Under the pieces are notes generated by a model. That model searched no databases, was not told the DNA's origin, and worked only from the letters and a program-made list of their open reading frames with translations. From Phycisphaerae bacterium (lineage in GTDB: Bacteria > Planctomycetota > Phycisphaerae > Sedimentisphaerales > Anaerobacaceae): 46,893 nt of DNA. Shown one piece after another: positions 27,828-35,238 of the stretch; within the stretch, counting starts at the first letter, position 1, and each line of letters begins with the position of its first letter. The stretch is from NCBI GenBank assembly GCA_028714855.1, contig JAQTLP010000012.1, positions 1 through 46,893 on the forward strand, in the 5' to 3' direction. The position numbers were made by a program, and so were the translations under genes.

Positions 27828-29570
27828 ATGTATTGTTTACCAAAATATTTAGCCGATAAATTTCTGGAAGCGTTAAAACGCGGGACTGTAACGCCGGACA
27901 AACTTACTGATATGACCTCTGCCGAAAGAAGGGCGTTTTTTACCGAAATGCTTGGCGAAGAACACGCCGTACAAGTCAATTCGCTGTTTGAGAGCAAGTT
28001 ATTATTAAAAGACCAGCAAAGAGGAATTATCACTTGGGCGAAACAGACTGCCGGAATAAGCAAGCAGGCGCAAAGGGACATTATTTCAAGAGTCGATAAA
28101 ATGACGGAAATTCTTAATCCCGCCACACAGGACGCTTTTCTTGAAGATATAGTAGCTCATAAATTAGATGTTACGGTAACAATGGAACAGGCCGCTAACA
28201 TTTCATCTCTTGGTAAAATAGCCCTCGACAAGAAAATTATTATGGAAGCGTCCGAAAGACGGCTGACCGGCCAGAGGCAGACACCGACCGAGAAAGAATA
28301 CGGTGATGCACGGGTAGCTTTTAGCAATTACATAAGCGACCTCAAAACAAAAGCAAAGCAAAAAAGTGTTTATGAATATTTGCGTATGCCCAGAACGGCA
28401 TTTTCAGAACTGGCGGGACTGGCAAAGGCGTCTAAAGCGTCTTTAGATAACAGTGCAATCCTACGGCAGGGTTTAAAGGTACTTTGGACGCACCCAACAA
28501 TATGGCTTAAAAACTCCGCCAACACTTTTGTGGATATTTGGAAAACGCTCGGCGGTGAAAATGTAATGGACGAAATCAACTCTGATATAGTATCGCGACC
28601 GACTTATGATAATATGATTAAAGATAAACTGGCCGTAGGCGTAATGGAAGAAGCATATCCCACGCACCTGCCCAGCAAAATTCCCGTTCTCGGCAAACTG
28701 TTCAAGGCGAGTGAAGCAGCGTATACGGGATTTATGTATAGAAACAGAGCAGATTTGTATGATTTATATACCGAGATTGCGATAAAATCCGGCTTGCCGA
28801 CAACGACCGATTTGGGTATTGGCAGACTTGTAAATTCCCTAACCAGCAGGGGCAATGTCGGCAGATTAGAACCGATAGCAAGCACTCTTAATAATGTTTT
28901 CTTTGCACCAAGAAACCTTAAAGCAAACTTCGATATTTTAATGGCACACACATTCGATAAAAATCTGAGTCCTTTTGTAAGGAAGCAAGCGGCCATAAAT
29001 CTGGTAAAAATAATAAGTGGAACGGCTGCTATTCTTGTTATTGCAAAAGCAATTGACCCTGACAGTGTAGAGGTTGACCCCCGCAGTGCAAACTTCGGAA
29101 AAATAAGAGTAGGTGATACGAGATTTGACGTTACCGGTGGAATGGCGGGAATAGTTACATTGGCTTCACGTTTAATAGTTACATTGGCTTCACGTTTAAT
29201 AACGATGAAAAGCAAAAGCAGTATTACAGGTAAAACGGTTGATTTATGGTCGCGCAAATACGGTGCGCAAACCGGCAAAGATGTTGTTTATGATTTTTTT
29301 GAGAATAAGTTTTCACCCGCAGCGCAATTAGCTAAGAATATTTTAGAGGGCAGTGATTATCGCGGCAATAAAATAACATTCACGGGAGAGCTTAATACTT
29401 TTATAACACCGCTGCCGGTTACTACTTATCAGGAATTGGCAAACAATCCGAACTCCGCCAATATAATTTTATCTATGATTTTTGAGGAATTGGGTGTCAG
29501 TACGAATACATATTCTAAAAAGAAAAAAGGCAGTAATGTTATTAAGCAACCGAAAACTAAATCGGATTAG
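27828..29570 (+). CDS. Virion-associated protein, 580 aa, containing an exact 24-bp in-frame tandem duplication (IVTLASRL x2)
   Basis: atagttacattggcttcacgttta occurs twice in tandem at 29151..29198. Confidence 0.45.
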   Translation: MYCLPKYLADKFLEALKRGTVTPDKLTDMTSAERRAFFTEMLGEEHAVQVNSLFESKLLLKDQQRGIITWAKQTAGISKQAQRDIISRVDKMTEILNPATQDAFLEDIVAHKLDVTVTMEQAANISSLGKIALDKKIIMEASERRLTGQRQTPTEKEYGDARVAFSNYISDLKTKAKQKSVYEYLRMPRTAFSELAGLAKASKASLDNSAILRQGLKVLWTHPTIWLKNSANTFVDIWKTLGGENVMDEINSDIVSRPTYDNMIKDKLAVGVMEEAYPTHLPSKIPVLGKLFKASEAAYTGFMYRNRADLYDLYTEIAIKSGLPTTTDLGIGRLVNSLTSRGNVGRLEPIASTLNNVFFAPRNLKANFDILMAHTFDKNLSPFVRKQAAINLVKIISGTAAILVIAKAIDPDSVEVDPRSANFGKIRVGDTRFDVTGGMAGIVTLASRLIVTLASRLITMKSKSSITGKTVDLWSRKYGAQTGKDVVYDFFENKFSPAAQLAKNILEGSDYRGNKITFTGELNTFITPLPVTTYQELANNPNSANIILSMIFEELGVSTNTYSKKKKGSNVIKQPKTKSD

Positions 29571-29574
29571 GTAA

Positions 29575-30081
29575 ATGAAAATCAAGTACCAAAACTACAA
29601 AGGCAGACGCTCGGACTCGATTGGTGATAATAGTATCTATACCGAAGAAGAATCTATTTTCCTTGCCAGAGTAGAGCATTTCAGAACAACTGAAAACCGC
29701 AATCAAACACCGACAGTTACACAGATATTCAGACTGGCTAAGGAATTTTTAGGCGTTACGGTTTTGCTTGTTTTCCTCTGTCTTACTGCACAGGCGGATT
29801 GCATCACGGACGGCAAAGACTTAAAAGCAATTCACCAACGATGGACGAAGCCGTATAATTTAAGAGACTATGCCTTTCTTGCTAACAACTGGCAGAAAAG
29901 AGACCCACTTTGCGAAATGCAGAGAAACTATTTCAGGGTACAGGAAATCAGGTTTTTAAACCCTTGGGACTTTAGCGTAATGATGAGCAAAATGGGCGGG
30001 TTCATAAAATACCAAAGAATAAGAAATGACGTTACTAAATCAGTAGGTACAAATCTAACTAATATAGGAGTTTACAAATGA
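29575..30081 (+). CDS. Hypothetical protein, 168 aa
   Basis: ORF; RBS AGGT. Confidence 0.4.
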   Translation: MKIKYQNYKGRRSDSIGDNSIYTEEESIFLARVEHFRTTENRNQTPTVTQIFRLAKEFLGVTVLLVFLCLTAQADCITDGKDLKAIHQRWTKPYNLRDYAFLANNWQKRDPLCEMQRNYFRVQEIRFLNPWDFSVMMSKMGGFIKYQRIRNDVTKSVGTNLTNIGVYK

Positions 30082-31535
30082 AAAAGTCATTGTTGGCGGT
30101 ATTGTTTTTAACCTCTATTTGTTTTGGTGCAGACAGAAGCAGGTATGCGCCTGATACTATCGTGCCGTATCTTGTCGCTTCCGTGAATGCACCTTCATAT
30201 ATCAGGGACATTGCGCAATACAAGTGTGATGGTATCAGGGACGATTATGAGATTAACCTTGCCATTACCGATTCAAATACGGCAGGGTACGGTTTAATTC
30301 CTCTGTCTGAAGGCACATTTAATCTTCGAGCCCCGATAAAGCCGGACAGGAATATCACACTGGAAGGGGTCGGGCAAAGGTCGGTTGTCAAAAAACCGTC
30401 TGGTTTATGGTCGGCATTAACAGTAAACGCCGCAAATGCAGATACGCACGTCCACGTTGCAGATTCTAACGGTTTTCAGGCAAATGATGAAGTCTATCTG
30501 GCCGCAAATAATAAAACCGATTTTAGTGCAGAATATTATACAATCACTTCGGTAGTCGGCAATATTATAAACCTGACACCAAGCGTAGACGATGCTTATA
30601 CTACCGCTCAATCAGCTATTCTTACAAATGAGTTTCCTGCGATTCGTATAGGAAAAACCGGACTCGGAAGTTATAACCGAAGCAATGTAGAGATTAAAGG
30701 TATTAAGATTGAGGGTAACTATGCCAACAGAAATAGTGATAATAAATTGGCATACAGAAATTCCCTTATCGAGATTGAGGCGTCCTCGGCTACCGAAAGC
30801 AATAACATTAGAATAACCGATGTTCAACTTTATAATGCAACAGCGTGCAGTATATATAGCCACTATGCCAAGAGGGTATTCGTACACGGCCTTATTGCCA
30901 ATAATACCAAAGGCAAAGCGAATTGGGGCATACAGATAGGCGGGGCAAGCCGTGATGTTGTGGTAGAAAACTGCCACGAAGTAGACAGCAACTATGGATT
31001 CTACGCGTGCGAGGAAGTGAACAATCTTTCGGTTACGGATTGCTCTTTCGGCTCTAACCAGACATCGGCTTTACTTATCGGATTGAATGACGGTCCAATG
31101 ACGTTTTCCGCCTGTAACTTCTACGACTTTGAGAAGGTCGGTATGACCTCTACGCAAGCAGGTTCGTTTGGCACACTAATCGGCTGCAACTTTACGCAAC
31201 TTTCATCTTCGGCTTATCCCATTATGAATTTGACCGGCGCATCAACTTACACCCTAATCGGCAATAGACTAATCAAAGGCACTCCTTATGCAGAAACAAG
31301 CTCTGTAAATATCTCCGGTGATGATTGTATTCTTCTCGGCAACTATATCCGGCACAAGTTTACTGGAACAGCCAAGACCTCGGCTGCGGTGAATATAGCA
31401 TCAACAGCAGACGACACGACAGTTGCACTTAACAGGATATTTGACGGCGGCGGCTTAGATATAAATGATTTGGGAACAAGTAGCTTTGTTTTAACTCCGG
31501 CTGCGGGTGCGGCTATAAACGACAATACAGATTAA
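30078..31535 (+). CDS. Tailspike / polysaccharide depolymerase candidate, 485 aa, with a right-handed parallel beta-helix (pectate-lyase-like) fold and N-terminal signal-like segment
   Basis: MKKSLLAVLFLTSICFGA; repeated N-x-x-I-x-D / VVENC / NLSVTDC beta-helix rung motifs; RBS TAGGAGT. Confidence 0.55.
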   Translation: MKKSLLAVLFLTSICFGADRSRYAPDTIVPYLVASVNAPSYIRDIAQYKCDGIRDDYEINLAITDSNTAGYGLIPLSEGTFNLRAPIKPDRNITLEGVGQRSVVKKPSGLWSALTVNAANADTHVHVADSNGFQANDEVYLAANNKTDFSAEYYTITSVVGNIINLTPSVDDAYTTAQSAILTNEFPAIRIGKTGLGSYNRSNVEIKGIKIEGNYANRNSDNKLAYRNSLIEIEASSATESNNIRITDVQLYNATACSIYSHYAKRVFVHGLIANNTKGKANWGIQIGGASRDVVVENCHEVDSNYGFYACEEVNNLSVTDCSFGSNQTSALLIGLNDGPMTFSACNFYDFEKVGMTSTQAGSFGTLIGCNFTQLSSSAYPIMNLTGASTYTLIGNRLIKGTPYAETSSVNISGDDCILLGNYIRHKFTGTAKTSAAVNIASTADDTTVALNRIFDGGGLDINDLGTSSFVLTPAAGAAINDNTD

Positions 31536-31547
31536 AGGATTGCAATC

Positions 31548-31853
31548 ATGGTTGAGAACGGCAATAGCAAAAAAACGTGGTTTGAGATAACTCATTTTTC
31601 ACTAACTACATTAGCATCTATACTGGTGCTTGCTGTTGGTATTTATGTTGGCTCTGTTGATAAAGACATTGAGAAGATAGACGAAAAGTTATTCAAACAC
31701 CTAACCAACGATGAAATACACGCTCCTACTCAGCAACTTGTCAATCGAAGTGAATTTAATATCTATCAAAAAATGAGGGACGACCAGATGAACACTGTCA
31801 AAGAATCCCTCGATAGAATTGAAAAGGCGTTGGAAACTAAAGATGGACATTAA
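31548..31853 (+). CDS. Holin-like membrane protein, 101 aa (single TM, charged C-terminus)
   Basis: FSLTTLASILVLAVGIYVGSV; RBS AAGGA. Confidence 0.4.
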   Translation: MVENGNSKKTWFEITHFSLTTLASILVLAVGIYVGSVDKDIEKIDEKLFKHLTNDEIHAPTQQLVNRSEFNIYQKMRDDQMNTVKESLDRIEKALETKDGH

Positions 31854-32037
31854 GGAACATCTTGACAATCTTGACGAAACATACGAAGATTTAGAAAATG
31901 AAATCAAGGTTATGCACACTGAAGGGCATTTTGCTGATGATATAGTTTTACGGGAAGTTGTGAATATAAAACTGGCAATAGCAAAGGCCAGAAAGAACAT
32001 TTTAGGAAAAGTTAATTTTAAGGAGAACAGATTATGA
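31846..32037 (+). CDS. Small coiled-coil protein (~63 aa from ATG 31846)
   Basis: ORF; weak RBS. Confidence 0.3.
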   Translation, partial: DIKEHLDNLDETYEDLENEIKVMHTEGHFADDIVLREVVNIKLAIAKARKNILGKVNFKENRL

Positions 32038-32267
32038 TTGATTACATTATTTCAAACCTGCCCGCTTTACTCGGAGCGTTGTTGGCTATCGGCGTGGTGT
32101 GGGCTTATGCCAGCAAGATTTTGGTCGTAGTTAAAGAGGTCGCTGATTTGCTTAATGCTATACTGGTAGCCCTTGCCGATAGAAACTTGACCAAAGAGGA
32201 AATTAACACTATCATAGAAGAAGCGAAGCATATTCCGATAGCGATTAAAGGACTTCTGAAAAAGTAA
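32034..32267 (+). CDS. Holin-like small membrane protein, 77 aa
   Basis: N-terminal TM LPALLGALLAIGVVWAYA, charged tail; RBS AAGGAG. Confidence 0.45.
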   Translation: MIDYIISNLPALLGALLAIGVVWAYASKILVVVKEVADLLNAILVALADRNLTKEEINTIIEEAKHIPIAIKGLLKK

Positions 32268-32287
32268 CCTGAAACAAGAGGTGGCTT

Positions 32288-32731
32288 ATGTTGGCTCTTT
32301 TAACGGCAGCATTTCAAGCTATTGCGGCTGTATTTGGTTATATGACCAAAAGTATAATAAGTCTGGCAGATAAGGTCTATAAAGAATATTTCTCGGCAGA
32401 AGTCAAACGCAAAAAAGCCGCCCTCAAAAAAGCTGATGAAGCTATCGACAAAGGCGACCGGCAGGGCTTATTAGACGCAATCAACGATATGAAACGAATC
32501 TTTATTGTTGCAGCACTGTTGATTATTTCCGGTTGCAATCCTTTTGAGCAGGACACTTTAACACCAATATACGCAATTAAAGGTGAAGAACTTCAATTCG
32601 TTAAAACAGTTTATGATGTTAATGACCCTAATAAGGTTGACTATTACAGGATAGAAACAACGGGCAAGCATACAGGGGCGTATCTAAGCAATCGAGTTCT
32701 TAAAAAGATTTTTAAGGTTGAAATAAAATGA
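32288..32731 (+). CDS. Spanin-like protein, 147 aa. It has an N-terminal TM plus charged helix (i-spanin-like) and an in-frame internal signal + lipobox (MKRIFIVAALLIISGC, o-spanin-like).
   Basis: Both features read in the translation; RBS AAGAGGTGG. Confidence 0.45.
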   Translation: MLALLTAAFQAIAAVFGYMTKSIISLADKVYKEYFSAEVKRKKAALKKADEAIDKGDRQGLLDAINDMKRIFIVAALLIISGCNPFEQDTLTPIYAIKGEELQFVKTVYDVNDPNKVDYYRIETTGKHTGAYLSNRVLKKIFKVEIK

Positions 32732-32910
32732 TATTACTAAAAACGACAATTAAGCAATTAAAAAGTGAAAACCAGAAACTCAAACGAAAACTTAAAGACG
32801 TTGCTAAGTTTCTGGAAAGTGATGAGGTTAAGGAAGCCAAAGGCAAATACTGGCCTTCGAGAATCGCCGGATATATACTGGAGTTTCTGGAGAAACTACC
32901 CAAGAGGTAA
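32728..32910 (+). CDS. Small coiled-coil protein, 60 aa
   Basis: ORF with ATGA overlap with the upstream gene. Confidence 0.35.
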   Translation: MILLKTTIKQLKSENQKLKRKLKDVAKFLESDEVKEAKGKYWPSRIAGYILEFLEKLPKR

Positions 32911-32913
32911 ACT

Positions 32914-33009
32914 ATGTACTGCAAAAAATGCCCAAAGAAAAAGTGTCGTAATCGGGAAAAAGACGGATGGTGCTTAAAATGTTTTTCCAAAATAAAAGAT
33001 AAGAAGTAA
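32914..33009 (+). CDS. 31-aa zinc-ribbon microprotein MYCKKCPKKKCRNREKDGWCLKCFSKIKDKK (not in the ORF track)
   Basis: Hand-translated; RBS AAGAGGT 5 nt upstream; CxxC-x13-CxxC. Confidence 0.45.
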   Translation: MYCKKCPKKKCRNREKDGWCLKCFSKIKDKK

Positions 33010-33032
33010 AATCATTTTTCCTCCTCCTCCCG

Positions 33033-33070
33033 ACAGCCCAAGACTGAAAACGTCAAGGGCTGTTTTTATT
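33033..33070 (+). terminator. Intrinsic terminator at the point where the two arms converge: ACAGCCC-17 nt loop-GGGCTGT, then TTTTTATT
   Basis: 7-bp stem + T-run read directly. The T-run overlaps the stop of the minus-strand gene; there is an A-run on the other side. Confidence 0.5.
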
Positions 33071-33623
33071 GCAATACCTTTTCTGCTTCAAACAAGTTGT
33101 CAACATTTGGATAATCAGTTCTAACTATATCCGCACATTGAGCAAGAGTTTCTTTTCTGGCGTAGGCGGCGGCGGCGGCGTAGTCGGCGGCGTAGGCGGC
33201 GTAGTCGGCGGCGGCGGCGGCGGCGGCGGCGTAGGCGGCGGCATAGTCGGCGGCGTAGTCGGCGGCGTAGGCGGCGGTGTTGGCGGCGGCGGCGGCGGCG
33301 TAGGCGGCGTGCCTTACATCATCGAGAGTTACGCCATTTTCACCCCTCGCCCATTGCTCTGCCGTTTCAATAGCTTTTAGTGGTCGCAATTCACCTTTTT
33401 CTATATAAGGCAAAGCAAGTCTGGCACACTTGCAAGCCGTCAAAACCAACTGTTTTCGCTTATCACAGCCCGGTTCGCCGGATAGTTTACCAATTAGCCA
33501 GAGCATGTGGTCTCCTCTTTCACAGACCAACCACGCAGCTTGCATTGAACTAAACCTTTTCCCCCATTCAATAGCTTCTTGGCAAGCACCTAATTTTACA
33601 AGTTTATCAGTCCAGTGTTTCAT
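33066..33623 (-). CDS. Ala-rich heptad-repeat protein (185 aa from ATG 33623, RBS AAAGGAAA). It has an N-terminal Cys/Trp-containing domain followed by (AAYAADY)-type repeats.
   Basis: ...RHAAYAAAAAANTAAYAADYAADYAAAYAAAAAAAADYAAYAADYAAAAAYA...; the longer ORF reaches 33716. Confidence 0.6.
   Translation of the reverse strand: MKHWTDKLVKLGACQEAIEWGKRFSSMQAAWLVCERGDHMLWLIGKLSGEPGCDKRKQLVLTACKCARLALPYIEKGELRPLKAIETAEQWARGENGVTLDDVRHAAYAAAAAANTAAYAADYAADYAAAYAAAAAAAADYAAYAADYAAAAAYARKETLAQCADIVRTDYPNVDNLFEAEKVLQ
33170..33310. repeat. GCC/GGC-based microsatellite-like coding repeat ((GCC)n interspersed with TAC/GAC) encoding the AAYAADY array
   Basis: ggcggcggcggcggcgtaggcggcgtagtcggc... read directly. 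Confidence 0.85.
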
Positions 33624-33734
33624 TTTTTTTCCTTTCTTAAAATTGTTAATAATATCAGGGCGTTGCTTCGGCCTATGAGAAATTGGCATTAGCATATTTT
33701 TATTGGCAACCCACAACGCCCTGCGCTCATTTTG

Positions 33735-34607
33735 TTATTTCTTGTCAATCGCAAAGGGGAGTTCTCGCTTTCTTATACTTTCGGGCAAATCTGTGAAATT
33801 ATGGATTATCTTAAAATGGTCTTTTGTGCCTTTGTGGTATGCCTTGACCCACACCGGCACGCCAGCGGCCTTGCATTGTTCCACTACGCTTTCAATCCAT
33901 TCGCGCGGACAATAACGAGCGTTGGGGCCGGTCTCTGCGCCGACAATACAAAGACTTAGCGAAGATATACCCAACTTTTCCCCCTGCGAATACAACTTAC
34001 CGCAGCTTGTGTTATTCCGAACAACGCCGCTATTTCTCTTTGCCGTAATTCCCTCTTCCGTAGCAATTGGCGTATTTCCAATTTTATTCCATTCTAACAA
34101 ATCTATTGTAGAAATCAAGGGTTCAAATGAAATAAATTTATGTGCCGCCGGTATCTGTAAAAGTATCGGTATTCTTTCGTTTGCATACTGTTGGTTTTCC
34201 GCTGTTACGCCGAGCCAGAGGTTTTTAGGGGGGCATATATCCTTAAAACATTCCGTTATTCTTTCGGCTCTTTTTGTCAACCCTAAAAAGATATGCTGGG
34301 GACATTTTTCTACCGTTACCATTGCGTCAGTGAAAAAAGTATAAGGCACTTCACTATGCCAAAGGTCGTTCCAGATTGAAAATACTGTCGGTTTTCGAGT
34401 ATGCAGGGGAAGGTCAAGATTACCGTGACGGAATTTAATTAACCCCTTCCAGTTGTAACTTTTTATCAAGGCAAATTTATGAAACCTTTTCGCCATTGCC
34501 TCCGACCAACAGTTATCACACGCAGGACTTACTTTGGTGCAACCATCAACCAACTGCCACGCCTTTTGCCAGTAACGCCCTGCCTGTTTCATCTGTTCAA
34601 AATTCAT
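33735..34607 (-). CDS. DUF5131 / phage Gp37-Gp68 family protein, 290 aa
   Basis: N-terminal GCTKVSPACDNCW signature; RBS AAGGAG. Confidence 0.55.
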   Translation of the reverse strand: MNFEQMKQAGRYWQKAWQLVDGCTKVSPACDNCWSEAMAKRFHKFALIKSYNWKGLIKFRHGNLDLPLHTRKPTVFSIWNDLWHSEVPYTFFTDAMVTVEKCPQHIFLGLTKRAERITECFKDICPPKNLWLGVTAENQQYANERIPILLQIPAAHKFISFEPLISTIDLLEWNKIGNTPIATEEGITAKRNSGVVRNNTSCGKLYSQGEKLGISSLSLCIVGAETGPNARYCPREWIESVVEQCKAAGVPVWVKAYHKGTKDHFKIIHNFTDLPESIRKRELPFAIDKK

Positions 34608-34631
34608 TTTTCTGTCTCCTTTATTATCAGG

Positions 34632-35174
34632 TCAAACCAACTTTAAGGCCAGTTTGCCTATCTGCTCTTTTTTCCTGTGGTCTATTTCTTCCGGTGATAA
34701 TATTTCCGGTTTTTTACGGTGCATTAGCTCGTCAAACTGTTTGCGTAGTTCGGCTTTTTCTTCCGGAGTAGGCGGGACAACGGGCGGCTCTATCTTCTTG
34801 TAACTTTCCTGCCGCTTTGCCGCACGCGCCTTAATTGCTTCAATGGTCATATAATCATCAATTATAAAATTGTTTTCCAAGAACCGCCAAAACTGCTTTT
34901 CCTGTCTGTTATCAGGTCTACTTCGTATTAGAAATTGGTATAGAGTCCACGCATAACTCCAAATGCAATTTTTACTTAATAGTACAAGGGCATAATTGTC
35001 TATGGCTTTGCATATTTGCTCAACAGTATAATGCTTAAGGACATCTTTAATGGCAGTTTCCGTTTCGTAGGTTAATTCCCTATGGCTTTTCCAGTTGCCT
35101 TGACCTTTATATCTATTCCAAGAGCTAAAAACGGTTTGAATTTCTTCCGGAGTCGGCGGTTTAAATTTCTTCAT
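34632..35174 (-). CDS. Hypothetical protein, 180 aa
   Basis: ORF. Confidence 0.45.
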   Translation of the reverse strand: MKKFKPPTPEEIQTVFSSWNRYKGQGNWKSHRELTYETETAIKDVLKHYTVEQICKAIDNYALVLLSKNCIWSYAWTLYQFLIRSRPDNRQEKQFWRFLENNFIIDDYMTIEAIKARAAKRQESYKKIEPPVVPPTPEEKAELRKQFDELMHRKKPEILSPEEIDHRKKEQIGKLALKLV

Positions 35175-35238
35175 TTTCCTACCAATAATCTCTCTTACCT
35201 ACTTTACGACCTTTTCCCGCAAAGTCAAAATCTATGTG

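Noticed and set aside
33069-33380. + strand ORF encoding poly-Gly/Val (GGGGGVVGGVGG...)
   Set aside because: It is the antisense of the AAYAADY repeat. The minus-strand ORF is longer, has an RBS (AAAGGAAA) and a non-repetitive N-terminal domain.
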